From a virus (taxonomy: Duplodnaviria; Caudoviricetes): a DNA stretch of 60,313 nucleotides. Where the stretch lies: the IMG/VR virus record IMGVR_UViG_3300028571_001115, positions 1 through 60,313 of that record. One strand, given 5' to 3'. The position numbers were made by a program, and so were the translations under genes. This document shows, one piece after another, positions 18,814-28,505 of the stretch (position 1 is the stretch's first letter; every line of letters begins with the position of its first letter). The notes below the pieces were generated by a model. That model was given only the letters and a program-made list of their open reading frames with translations. It was not told the DNA's origin and did no database searches.

Positions 18814-19215
18814 TCAGGCGGCAATCTTCAGCTCGTCGGTGCGATTGACGCCCTTGGTGAGGTCGATCACCTTTTTGGCGATCTGGTCGATCTTTCCGGC
18901 CTCGGCCTTGCCCTTGTCGGTCAGCGCGACGTCCCAGGCGCGATCGTCGGCCTTGCGACGGACGCGCTTGACGATGTCGTACTCAACCAAGCGGCGGATG
19001 ACGTTCGATACCGTCGAGCGGTCGATGCCGGTCGCCTGGATCAGCTGGCGCTGGTTGGGCTTGACGCCTGCCGCCTCATAGTCGGCGATGGCTGCCACCA
19101 CGATCGCCTGTGTGTCGGTCAAAACGCAGCGGTGGGATGCCGCCACAAGCTTCCAGGCGAGCGTCGTGACCTGGGCGCGGTTGTGGCGAGCTTGGATTTC
19201 CTTGAATGCAGTCAT
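18814..19215 (-). CDS. MarR-family winged-helix regulator
   Basis: LTDTQ...NQRQL...IDRSTV...RRL...DDRAWDVALTDKG. Confidence 0.85.
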   Translation of the reverse strand: MTAFKEIQARHNRAQVTTLAWKLVAASHRCVLTDTQAIVVAAIADYEAAGVKPNQRQLIQATGIDRSTVSNVIRRLVEYDIVKRVRRKADDRAWDVALTDKGKAEAGKIDQIAKKVIDLTKGVNRTDELKIAA

Positions 19216-19299
19216 ATTCGTCTCCTGTGAGTTGATCTAATGCATGATCATCCATACAGGACCAACTCCGGTCTGTCAACCGTCAGTGGACAAAAAAGA

Positions 19300-21312
19300 T
19301 CAGAAGTCGTCGCCGTCGTCGTCATCGACGTCCGAGGCATTGGTGACCGAGCGCCCATAAAGCCTGGGCACATGGCGCGTTTTCTTGTTGGTGCTGCGCC
19401 CGTACAAGCCACGGCCCTCGGTGCGGCGGTCAAATTCGCCGCGCTCAAGGTCTTCTTTTTCGTGCTTGTCCAGCTTGTCGCTGGGCCTATCGAGCAGGTT
19501 GACGTTGCGTGACCAGATCAGGGAGCTGGTGACCGTGTCGGTCCAGTCATCGTGCTTGCCGTTCGGGAATGCGGCGCATTCTTTGATCACGCCAGCCGTC
19601 ATTGGGCCGGGCAGGTACCAGACAGAGCCGGAGGCGAGCACCACGGACGCGGCGTGAGCGCGCGGCACCTTGCCGTTGGCCCCAGGCGGGAACGGCGGCA
19701 GCCACTCGACGATGGCCGGGTAGTGGAGACCCTGCTCATCGACGTACCGCGACCGCTCGCGCCGCAGCTCCTGCAGCAGCTGGATGCCGGACGCTTTCTT
19801 CTCGACGATGACCCATTCAGGTCGAAAGAACTTGACGTGTTGCTTGACGATGTCGAACAGGTCGACCGCCTTCACCTTGCCACGCCACGCCCCAAGCATG
19901 ATCACCTGCTGCTGAATCGGGTCGGTCTTATCGTCGCTGTCCTTGAGGCGGATCTGGCGCTTGCCCGGTTTCTCCTTGGTGAAGCTGACCCAGGCCGTCA
20001 TAGCTGAATAGTCGTTGTCTTGACCATCCTCAAACGCCGTATCGTAGACCAGCCAGCACTGCGCCCAATGCTCTGGGGGCTCGACGTCGCCGGGTCGGTC
20101 CTTCTGCTGTTGCGTTGGATCCGGCTTGCCGTGCGGCCAGCACTTCCAATATTTGCGCAGGAGGATGATACCCTCGCTGGCCGCTGGCTTCTGCTGGTAC
20201 AAGCTGTTCCAGGCACGCTCGCCCATGGCGCGGGCCAGCTCGACATAGCGGTCAGTGAACCACTGCGGCCACATCCGCTCGCCCAGGCGGCGATTGAGCG
20301 GGTCGTCGAGTGCGTCGCAGATCAGCGGGCAGCAGAACACCAACCACCAGCGACCGTCAGTGCCCCTCCAGAGCCCGCTCTGACCCTCCCACTTTTCGCC
20401 AAGTAGGTGACCGGCGGGATCGTCTTCGTGCCACCGCGTCTGGATCAGCAGCACCTTGCCGCCCGGCTTGAGACGGGTGAACAGGTCGTCCTTCATCGCC
20501 GCGTTGGTCTTCTCGCGGATGATCTCGCTCTCGGCCTCCTCACGGCCCGCGATCGGATCGTCGATGATCAGCAGGTCAGCACGGTTACCGGTGACGCCGC
20601 CCAGGATACCGACGGCGCGGTAGGTCGAGCCGTTCATCAGCGACCATGCGTCGACCGCTTGGTTATCGCCCGTCAACTGAGTATCCCATTGCGCGGCATA
20701 CTTGTCTGACCGGCAGATCGAACGCACCCGGCGACCGAACCGCTTGGCCAGCTCGGACCCATAGCTGGTGCCAATCACGTCGGTGCCAGGGAAGCGCCCC
20801 ATGACGTAGGTCGGCGCGATCACGCTGGCGTAAGTCGACTTGGCTGAGCCCGGGCTGAAGAAGAACATGATGCCGTCGGGGACGATGCCCTGGTGGCCAT
20901 TGGTGAGCGGCCCCTCGACCGGCATCTCCTCCATCATCCCCTGGACGGCAGACAGGATCATTGCGCCGTGCTCGGGGATGTCGAGTTGTTTGGGATAGAA
21001 CTCCCCCTCGTCGACCTCGTCCTTCTCAAAGTCGTATTCGGGGATCTCGACCTTGACCCCGCTGTTGATCTTCAGCATGTCGATCTGGGCCTTGCGGGCC
21101 AGCATCTTCTGCCGGTCATTCAAGTTCATCTTGCTGGGCGCGCCGGGCACCTCGATGTGCGCCGCGTACTCGACGATGTCGCCCTTGCGCTTGTCCTTGT
21201 GCATCACCTCCAGCGCCTGGATCAGGTCGCGACGCTCCATAGGCGTTAGCTGGCTCAGATCGGCGTTTTCGATGTCGTCGAGGTCCAGCATCTCAGTCGA
21301 TCTGCTCGTCAC
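19300..21312 (-). CDS. terL: Terminase large subunit (probable ATG at 21291)
   Basis: Walker A SPGSAKST, Walker B LLIIDDP, IQTRWHEDD, nuclease YDTA...EKKASG...FPNGKHDDWTD. Confidence 0.92.
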   Translation of the reverse strand: MTSRSTEMLDLDDIENADLSQLTPMERRDLIQALEVMHKDKRKGDIVEYAAHIEVPGAPSKMNLNDRQKMLARKAQIDMLKINSGVKVEIPEYDFEKDEVDEGEFYPKQLDIPEHGAMILSAVQGMMEEMPVEGPLTNGHQGIVPDGIMFFFSPGSAKSTYASVIAPTYVMGRFPGTDVIGTSYGSELAKRFGRRVRSICRSDKYAAQWDTQLTGDNQAVDAWSLMNGSTYRAVGILGGVTGNRADLLIIDDPIAGREEAESEIIREKTNAAMKDDLFTRLKPGGKVLLIQTRWHEDDPAGHLLGEKWEGQSGLWRGTDGRWWLVFCCPLICDALDDPLNRRLGERMWPQWFTDRYVELARAMGERAWNSLYQQKPAASEGIILLRKYWKCWPHGKPDPTQQQKDRPGDVEPPEHWAQCWLVYDTAFEDGQDNDYSAMTAWVSFTKEKPGKRQIRLKDSDDKTDPIQQQVIMLGAWRGKVKAVDLFDIVKQHVKFFRPEWVIVEKKASGIQLLQELRRERSRYVDEQGLHYPAIVEWLPPFPPGANGKVPRAHAASVVLASGSVWYLPGPMTAGVIKECAAFPNGKHDDWTDTVTSSLIWSRNVNLLDRPSDKLDKHEKEDLERGEFDRRTEGRGLYGRSTNKKTRHVPRLYGRSVTNASDVDDDDGDDF

Positions 21313-22799
21313 GCGTGAATGGAAGCTGTGTCGGCATGGGGACGCCAGACATGTCTAGGTGAGCCCGTCCATTGATGACGTCGTCGAGCAGCTCCTCCGG
21401 CGACTTGTTCATCGCCAGGGCATTCTCGCGTAGGCGCTGCTCAAACAACTCGTTGAACGTGTGTGGGGTCGTCTTGACGCCGGTCTTGTCGGCGTTGCCG
21501 TACCACGCAGCCGCCTGAGCCTGCCCTGGGGCGAGCCCGAACTTGTCTGCTGCCTTGTGATAGGGCTTTGCCGCGAGGCCGTAGGCAGCGTCTGTAGGGG
21601 CCGACATCCACATCGTTGGGCGCGTCAACAGCTCCTTCATCGACGTCTCGCCATTGGCCAGTAGGTCGCGTGGGCTGTAGTTCTCGTACCCACCGTGGTC
21701 GGCTTGGTAGCGGATCGAGTTGGTCAGGTAGCGCGGATCTTTCTGGGCCATAGACAGCGTCCGCATGGCGTGTGCGTCGACGACGGCCTTAGATTGATCG
21801 CCTGCCAACGATCGCCCGAAGTGCTCGGTCTTCTGGCTGTCTTTGACGTTGTAGCCCCCCTCCTGGCCGAACTTCTTGCGGCTCAGGATGGCGCGTGTGT
21901 CGGCAGCAACGCCTGAGAAGCCTGCCTCCTTGCCGGATCGGGGTATCTCCTTGCCCTGAGCTAGCATCTTCATGATCTTGGTGGCCTCAGACACGTTATT
22001 CATGACTGTGTTCTGCGGGCTAGTCGTGCCGACAGCCTGCATGAAGCGAAGGTAGGCGTCGTCCGAGCTGCCTGGGCCTCGATAGAGGTCACCGAACCGC
22101 TCACGGAGTGGTTCGGTGTTGTACCAGTTCATCGAGGCGTTGCGGTTCTCGCCCGACAGCCCACGCTCGACCGCGCGATTGACCTCGTTCTGCACCTTCC
22201 GGCTCGATGCCAGCTCGCCGATCTTTTTCCGTGTCGCTGTCTGGTTTCACCTTCACGCGCGACTTGAAGTAGTCGACCTCGGGCAGATTAAGCAGGTTGT
22301 CCGGCGCGACGTCTCGGTGGTGCCCGTAGTCGAAGATCTCGCCGTCCGCCCTCTTGATGGCTGGGGCTGCGACCGACTTGGGTGCCGGGATCGGGCTGTG
22401 GTTACCCATCGGCAGGTCCCAGGTGTCCCCCAGGTCGAATGTGGGCATGTCGCGCCGGGCTGCAGACATGGCGACCGAGCCAGCGGGTGCCTTGATGAAC
22501 GGACTGGCCCCACCAACCAGCTGCGAGATCGCCCCGGAAGCCCGCTCACCGTTTTCGCGCGTTGGGTTGGCATAATACTCGTCAGTGAACCGCCCGGGCT
22601 CCGTCAGGATGCCGGGGATTGCGGGCACGAACTCGCTGTTGTCGCCTCTGCCGTCTGGATTCGCGTATCTGCCGATCGGCAGGACATTCAGCGGGAACGG
22701 TGGCGTCTCGTAAATTTTACCCTCACGACCGCGCGCGCTCTTGGTCCTCTGGTTGCCCTCCAGAAGGCGATTGAAGTCGTCGTAATACGGATCGCTCAT
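21293..22799 (-). pseudogene. Polyvalent-protein-type gene with HhH-glycosylase-like C-terminal domain, split by +1 frameshift at A5 run near 22225
   Basis: ORFs 22101-22799 and 21293-22195 join if one A is removed (…TEK IGELASSRKVQNEV); WY...TSP...N...K...F...VDAH-MR...QAAAW motif. Confidence 0.6.
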
Positions 22800-22893
22800 C
22801 GCCGTCTCTGTCAGCTATGGGTTGACAAGCGCACGCAGCTGTGCAAGCTTGACGCTACTGACATTCGTTTGCTAATCAACCCGAGAGATCGAT

Positions 22894-23214
22894 GTGCACC
22901 CTGCTGCGCGCACCATACTGCTTTACACGTTCGTCCCCTATCGCCACACGCTGGAGCTTCTCAGGGTGGACAACGAAGGCAGACAGACGGTCATCAAGAC
23001 CTGGGAAAAGTGCGACATCCGCCCCCTCAACATCATCGAAAACCAGCTGCGCATAAGCGGCATAGTCACTGAGCCAGCTGTGCATGTCAGGCAGCCTGTG
23101 TCAGTCCTCCCTCCACGCAGCGAACGGGTTGACGAAGGCATTCTCAAGAGCCCCAACGTAGGGATCTCCGTGTGGGCGCAGCTTGGGCGCGCCTTCAAAC
23201 TGGGCAGCAGGTGA
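22894..23214 (+). CDS. Hypothetical protein, convergent/overlapping
   Basis: Follows operator at 22810; overlaps 3' end of 23101 gene antisense. Confidence 0.3.
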   Translation: MHPAARTILLYTFVPYRHTLELLRVDNEGRQTVIKTWEKCDIRPLNIIENQLRISGIVTEPAVHVRQPVSVLPPRSERVDEGILKSPNVGISVWAQLGRAFKLGSR

Positions 23215-24261
23215 CATCCCGATCATTTTTTGGTCTGCGAAGTGCGTCTCAGCGCCTGAGGCCTTGGCGTTGGCCTCTGCGTGTGGCCCGCTGTTGACCC
23301 AACTGTTCTGTCCGCGCGTCTCGGCTGTCATGGTTGGTCTGGCCTCGGGCGAATACATCGCCGAATGGGCACCCCATGCACGCTCCTCGCCGGGCGCGCG
23401 AAAGAACGCATTGCCATGGCCGAAGTGCCCATAGGCGTCGTGCACGGCGCGGAACAGGTCGTTGTAGGTTGCTGGCTGATCGCCGAATGACCGGCCTGAT
23501 TGCTGCAGCAAGGGGTGATCGGCGAACGCGGCATCGGTGCCATAACCACCCTCGGTCGGGAAGATCTGGAGCCGCTTATTCTCAGCCAGATCCTTGTACC
23601 CCATCGCCGGGTTCTTGGCGTACGGGTCGATAATGCCGCCGTCTGGCCCCTGCTTCATGAAGTCGAACTCATAGCCCCGGCCCTTGAGCGCATCAAACTG
23701 TCCGAGCGTCTCGTCCGCGAGCGCCTTGTAAGACGCTATGGCTGCTGGGTCATACATCGGCGCAACGTCATACTCATTGGCGATCTGCTTGGCGCGGTCG
23801 CGGTCTAGCGGCTCGAACCGCTCCGGCACCATCGCCTTCTGGCCCCGGCTCTTCGCATAGTCGTCCATTGCATCGATAATGCCGGGGATCGGCTTGGCCT
23901 GGATCGTCTCGCCCGACGGCAGCGTGAACTCCTTGGGCATTCCTGGCACTCGCTCGTAGGGTGCGTGTCCAAGGATCGCCCGCTCCTTGGACAAGTGCGA
24001 GAATGGCGCGCCCAGGCCGCCCAGCATGCCCAGGCCGCCCTCGATAGCTGCCGTCTTGAAGTCGCCGCGCTCAGCTGCCCTCTGCCCGCGATTGGCCCCC
24101 ATCGCCGCGCCAACGGGCGGGATCATCTCAGCTAGGTTCCCCAGCTTGCGGCCCCACTCAGCCGTGCTGCGCGTCTCGTCGCCCCCGCCAAGCCCTTTCG
24201 AGATCAGCTCGGCGAACTTCTCACTCCAGCTTGGATCGTAGTTGCGCAGCTCGGCAGCCAT
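23101..24261 (-). CDS. Polyvalent-protein-type effector with HDxxGH domain
   Basis: Gly/Ala hydrophobic leader then NDLFRAVHDAYGH...GEERAW...ETRGQNSWVN...FADQK. Confidence 0.65.
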   Translation of the reverse strand: MAAELRNYDPSWSEKFAELISKGLGGGDETRSTAEWGRKLGNLAEMIPPVGAAMGANRGQRAAERGDFKTAAIEGGLGMLGGLGAPFSHLSKERAILGHAPYERVPGMPKEFTLPSGETIQAKPIPGIIDAMDDYAKSRGQKAMVPERFEPLDRDRAKQIANEYDVAPMYDPAAIASYKALADETLGQFDALKGRGYEFDFMKQGPDGGIIDPYAKNPAMGYKDLAENKRLQIFPTEGGYGTDAAFADHPLLQQSGRSFGDQPATYNDLFRAVHDAYGHFGHGNAFFRAPGEERAWGAHSAMYSPEARPTMTAETRGQNSWVNSGPHAEANAKASGAETHFADQKMIGMSPAAQFEGAPKLRPHGDPYVGALENAFVNPFAAWRED

Positions 24262-24273
24262 CTCAAACCTTTT

Positions 24274-24319
24274 GTCAGATAGCAGTTGACAGCGTAGTGA
24301 ATGTCCACTATGAGTTGAC
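24274..24319 (+). promoter_or_regulatory. Sigma70 promoter TTGACA-17-TATGAG with two 17-bp operators
   Basis: Operators at 24274-24290 and 24303-24319, 29 bp apart as at 18311/18340. Confidence 0.75.
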
Positions 24320-24361
24320 ATACACGCTGATCAATCATGCTGATATTCGAAGGAGACTGCA

Positions 24362-24571
24362 ATGCCGAAAGCGACCAGGCCTCGCGTTCTCTATCTGGAC
24401 CAATACGGCAACAAGTTTTTCGCCCGCACCGTCAAGGAGCTTCACCAGCAGATCGGCGGCAAGATCTCCAAAATGTATGTCGACAAGACAGACGGCACCA
24501 CCAAGCACGTCGGCTACGTCATCGGCCAACGTTGGTTGACAGCCTACGCCCCAATCGAACGCCCAGCCTAA
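24362..24571 (+). CDS. Small early hypothetical protein
   Basis: AAGGAG SD; first gene after promoter. Confidence 0.7.
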   Translation: MPKATRPRVLYLDQYGNKFFARTVKELHQQIGGKISKMYVDKTDGTTKHVGYVIGQRWLTAYAPIERPA

Positions 24572-24581
24572 GGAGCCTGAC

Positions 24582-24881
24582 ATGAGCAACACTAAAACTA
24601 TCGAGATCACCGACTACACCCTAGGCAACCGCTTCCAGACCGCGATCGACGCCCAAGACGCCTGCAACCTGCGTGCCCTGGCCCGCCAATTCGTGTTCGT
24701 CGTCGACGCAGCCATGGAAGAGCTGAGGGACACCAAGGGCACCTGGGATGACCCGGCTGTCGTCCTGTTTGTCAACAAGCTGGAGAGCCTGTGCCGGTCA
24801 GATGACCGCTTCAGCGCCGCGTACAGCGCCTGCATCGAGCGGGCCGAGAAGGTCGCTCAAGACAAATGGGAGGCCGCGTGA
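24582..24881 (+). CDS. Small early hypothetical protein
   Basis: TAAGGAG SD. Confidence 0.7.
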   Translation: MSNTKTIEITDYTLGNRFQTAIDAQDACNLRALARQFVFVVDAAMEELRDTKGTWDDPAVVLFVNKLESLCRSDDRFSAAYSACIERAEKVAQDKWEAA

Positions 24882-25138
24882 TGACTTTCCACAGCAAGAC
24901 CAAACCGAACGTCGTTTGGAACAAGGAGCGCGGCCTACTCCATATCGAGGTGCCGGGCGGGATCGTGAACATCAACGTCGGGCTCTCACTCAGCACCGGC
25001 AACAAGGTCACGCGCGTCGAGATCCTGGCCGATGGCGACCGCTACGCAGGTGAAACCCCTTGGTGGATCGAGGGCGAGAAGTGCGTCGTTGCAGGCGCAT
25101 GGCGCATCATTCAAGAGCTGGAGAACACAGATGCTTAA
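24881..25138 (+). CDS. Small early hypothetical protein
   Basis: GGAGG SD, TGATG coupling. Confidence 0.6.
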   Translation: MTFHSKTKPNVVWNKERGLLHIEVPGGIVNINVGLSLSTGNKVTRVEILADGDRYAGETPWWIEGEKCVVAGAWRIIQELENTDA

Positions 25139-25808
25139 AGAACGATACGCTCTGCTGGAGCCCTTCAAGGGCGTCAACGAGCTGGTCAAGGCCTGGGCAC
25201 GTGACGTCGGCGAGGATGTCGGCAGCCACGACGCTAACGGGGTCTACAACGGCTACGACTTTGAGGTCGAGGACGTCGAGAACCAGCACCGATCGGGCTT
25301 CATCCCGTTCACCAACGGCGGTGTCGAGGTCGTGCTCTGCGCCACGCTTAGCGCCTGCGATGGCCACGGCAGCGCGCCAACCATAATCCAGCCTTATCTC
25401 GACAGCGCCTACAAAGATGCTGTTGCGGACTGGGATCGACAGCACCATGAGGCGACAGTCGAGCAGATTTACGCCAGCGACCGCGACCACCCGCTGCGCG
25501 AGGACTGGCACGAGTTTCAGTCCGTGTGGCTCCAGGAGGGCGGCACGTTCTTCTTCAAGATCCGTGCGCTGTACTACCACCCTGCCAACAGCTCGAATGA
25601 GAGCGGCGAGGAGGAGGTATTTTTCATGGTCGGCATCAACACCGACTTTGGGTATGGCCGCGACACCATCCCCTGGCTGCGCTGCTATGGCACTAATCCT
25701 CAGCAGACCGAATGGGTCTGGGAGGCGACCGTTAAGGTCGCCGACCTCGACGAAGACCTGATTAAGCAACTGACCGAAGCTGCAATCTTCAACCTGAACA
25801 ACGCATAG
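25131..25808 (+). CDS. Acidic hypothetical protein
   Basis: GGAG SD before MLKERY; good codon usage. Confidence 0.65.
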   Translation: MLKERYALLEPFKGVNELVKAWARDVGEDVGSHDANGVYNGYDFEVEDVENQHRSGFIPFTNGGVEVVLCATLSACDGHGSAPTIIQPYLDSAYKDAVADWDRQHHEATVEQIYASDRDHPLREDWHEFQSVWLQEGGTFFFKIRALYYHPANSSNESGEEEVFFMVGINTDFGYGRDTIPWLRCYGTNPQQTEWVWEATVKVADLDEDLIKQLTEAAIFNLNNA

Positions 25809-25815
25809 GTGACAC

Positions 25816-26118
25816 ATGGCGAGACGATGGAAAAGCATCCAAGACGTGATCGCGGCCAATAGGCAGATCGGGCACCACTGGTTTGACGGCAGCACGATGC
25901 GCTTTTTCGAAAGCACTATCGAGACCGGCATCCTCAGGGGCTGCTACTTCATCACCAGCGAGACCGGACCAAGCCGCCAGACGCTCTACTCGATCCGTGT
26001 GGTGCGCAACAATGGCGCGATTGGAACGATCGGCAACTTCAACAGCCACGAAACCGTCGACGACGCAAAGGAAGCCTTGCGCCAACACTTACTTGAGTTA
26101 GAGTCAACTGAGGGTTGA
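25816..26118 (+). CDS. Conserved phage hypothetical protein
   Basis: AANRQIGHHWFD-STMRFF-S...YFITSE motif. Confidence 0.7.
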   Translation: MARRWKSIQDVIAANRQIGHHWFDGSTMRFFESTIETGILRGCYFITSETGPSRQTLYSIRVVRNNGAIGTIGNFNSHETVDDAKEALRQHLLELESTEG

Positions 26119-26138
26119 CATTATTGAAGGGGGTGACT

Positions 26139-26339
26139 ATGACGATCAGGTTTTTAGACGTGCTGGAACGCATCGAGGCCCAGACCGGCCTGTCTGGCCA
26201 CGAGGTGGCGAAGGTGATCGATGTCCGGCCAAGTAGTTATCATGAGCTGAAGTCGGGGCGGATGACACCATCGGCACTCACCATTCAGAAAACGAAAGAG
26301 TTCACGGATCGACTGCTGGCGGCGAGGAGGGGTAAATGA
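26139..26339 (+). CDS. XRE-family HTH protein
   Basis: GLSGHEVAKVIDVRPSSYHELKSG...PS; follows perfect operator at 26103. Confidence 0.65.
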   Translation: MTIRFLDVLERIEAQTGLSGHEVAKVIDVRPSSYHELKSGRMTPSALTIQKTKEFTDRLLAARRGK

Positions 26340-26578
26340 GTAAGCCACACACCATCACCAAGGATGACGTGAAGAAGTGGCGCGCCAGCTTCCAACACAT
26401 CGCCTCCTCACACGGCTGCGACGGTCGGCCCAGTAAGCGGATCGAAGGCAGCGCGCGGGGCGAGTACAAGATCACCATCGACGGGCGGATAGTGTGCCAG
26501 ACATAGGACATGGATGAGGCATTGGACTTCTACAACGGGGACGGCCCGAGAAAATACGAGAGTGACGATGACGACTGA
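26336..26578 (+). pseudogene. Small ORF with in-frame TAG at 26504
   Basis: MSKPHT...VCQT*DMDEALDFYNG...; GAGGAG SD, coupled to next gene. Confidence 0.55.
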
Positions 26579-26975
26579 ACAAAGCGGCTACTGGCTGATC
26601 GATATCTATGCGGGCCGGATCGCGTGGCAGGGTCACTGGCTGACCTTGCCTGACGACTGGGTCGCCCTGGCATGGCAGTGGCAGCCGAATGGCTATCGCG
26701 TCTACGTGCGGCGCACACAACTCAACGACCCTAGCTTTAGTCTCGTGAGCGCTCTGACCGGAAACTCGCTCGATAGCGACCTGTCCGTCGGCAATCGTTA
26801 TGTGCGGACCATCCCCGGTGTCGTCATCGGTCCTGAATTGACCGTCGAGGAGCGCCGGGCGGCGCGCGTGGTGCGTTTTGGCCGCGTAGGCCGAGCCCAG
26901 GCCTTGCGCGTACCAGAGTGTCCTGCCAGGATCTTCGACGACTTGGATAACCTCAAGGAGCTGGCTGAGCTATGA
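26568..26975 (+). CDS. Hypothetical protein
   Basis: Continuation of plus-strand operon. Confidence 0.55.
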   Translation: MTTEQSGYWLIDIYAGRIAWQGHWLTLPDDWVALAWQWQPNGYRVYVRRTQLNDPSFSLVSALTGNSLDSDLSVGNRYVRTIPGVVIGPELTVEERRAARVVRFGRVGRAQALRVPECPARIFDDLDNLKELAEL

Positions 26976-27175
26976 CCTGTGAAGTCCCGCCCATCATCAC
27001 GCCCTGCTGGTGCGGCTCTGGCTGGCCGATGAAGCACAGCGTGTACGAGGTGCCCTTCGACCCCAAAAGCCCGCAGATTTCCAAAATTGAGGTCTGCAAC
27101 GCATGTCACGATACGGTGCGGGATGCGCTGGTTAGCGTGCGTGAGCTGATCAGTCTTTCTCGAACGGCGGGATGA
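26972..27175 (+). CDS. Small Cys-containing hypothetical protein
   Basis: ATGA overlap; CWC and CxxC. Confidence 0.5.
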   Translation: MTCEVPPIITPCWCGSGWPMKHSVYEVPFDPKSPQISKIEVCNACHDTVRDALVSVRELISLSRTAG

Positions 27176-28505
27176 CCTTGTAGGGCCGCATATCCCACGC
27201 GAAACCATCTTGTGGATAGTGATGCCGCAAGTCGTAGGGCTCGATGTGGCTGAACTGACGCGGCGTGTCGATGCCGATCTTGGGGTTGCGCAACATCATG
27301 TCGCGCAGCTCCTGCTCACCTCGCGCAATCACCTCACCGTGGTCGTTAAAGTAGCGCTCCAGGTTTCCATGTCGATAGATATCGTCATACCGCGAGTTGA
27401 GGTCAGTGTGTTTGCCATATGACCAATCTTTCGGCATTCCGCTAGGGTGCAGCTCACCAACATCACGACCGCCTGCATCCCTCTTAAAGCGGGTCATCGC
27501 ATCGCTGGCCTCTGGCGAGTTGAATGAAAATTTGTCTTTTGGGCCATCCCGCATGAATGTACCGAACGGCAGTCCGCTTTTTGCTGCGGCTCCATGCCCA
27601 GCAACTTCATGCGTGATCAGCGACTCCAGCTGGGGGATATTGGCGGCGTGCGCGCTTAGTGACGTGATCGGCCTGTTGGCCTCATGAATGCCGATGCTCG
27701 CGTTGACTGTGGTTGTGTCTGATCCGCGACCCAGGTTGCGGTCGGTCTTGATTGCCCCAGGCGCGACTGGAATGCGGGACAGGGATGGGTACGCATCAAA
27801 AAGCTCGGGATGGTCAATGACGTCACCGGACTGCAATCGATGGATTGTTTGCGTTATGTTGGGCTTATCGGTCTCATGCAGTGCCTCAGGCTTAAGTTTG
27901 AGCTGCGTGTCGTCCAGCGCCGTGTACCACTCTGGCGTTTCTCGCCCATAGGCGTTCTTGGACCAGCCGAACTGCTTGAACGCGTCGTCGTGTGACATGC
28001 CGTTCGCCACGGCCTCCTTGGCCTTCGCTAGGCTCGCCTCGCTGCCCCAGTCAGGATGCGGCGCGCCGCGCCTGGAAGCGCCCTTCAGGCTCTCCGTGAG
28101 GTTCTGGACGCCCATCAACCCGATCAGGGCATTAACGCCGTCACCGGCAGCCCTGGCGAGGTTGCGCGACACACCGTCGGCCACCACGCCCGGCGTCATG
28201 TCCATGGCGATACCCGCGCCGACCATGGGATTGATCCCGCCGCTCGGGTTCCACTCGCTGGGCCTTGCATCCTCCATCACGCGGTTGATGCGGGTGCCGA
28301 CGTCGATGAGACCCCCACCGAAGATCGAGGGCAGCGCCGTGACCTCGCGACCGCGCTCGTCACGACCCCACGGCATAAGCGGGTTGCGCGTCCCCGGCTC
28401 GATCGGCGTCGTGGCCCAGTCGTACAGGCTATCGAAGACGCTCGACTTGTGCTCGGGCGTGGCATAGCTTTTCGTGAATGGGCTGTCCTCGTCGTCCATG
28501 GTCAC
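27150..28505 (-). CDS. LPD23-like + zincin-like metallopeptidase polyvalent-type protein
   Basis: KQFGW...WY-ALDD...IDHPELFDAYP...THEVAGH...Y...GEVIAR. Confidence 0.65.
   Translation of the reverse strand: MTMDDEDSPFTKSYATPEHKSSVFDSLYDWATTPIEPGTRNPLMPWGRDERGREVTALPSIFGGGLIDVGTRINRVMEDARPSEWNPSGGINPMVGAGIAMDMTPGVVADGVSRNLARAAGDGVNALIGLMGVQNLTESLKGASRRGAPHPDWGSEASLAKAKEAVANGMSHDDAFKQFGWSKNAYGRETPEWYTALDDTQLKLKPEALHETDKPNITQTIHRLQSGDVIDHPELFDAYPSLSRIPVAPGAIKTDRNLGRGSDTTTVNASIGIHEANRPITSLSAHAANIPQLESLITHEVAGHGAAAKSGLPFGTFMRDGPKDKFSFNSPEASDAMTRFKRDAGGRDVGELHPSGMPKDWSYGKHTDLNSRYDDIYRHGNLERYFNDHGEVIARGEQELRDMMLRNPKIGIDTPRQFSHIEPYDLRHHYPQDGFAWDMRPYKVIPPFEKD

Noticed and set aside
26504-26506. TAG stop-codon reassignment
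   Set aside because: Single case; long genes are open in code 11 and TAG ends other genes normally (25808, 43675); no suppressor tRNA seen
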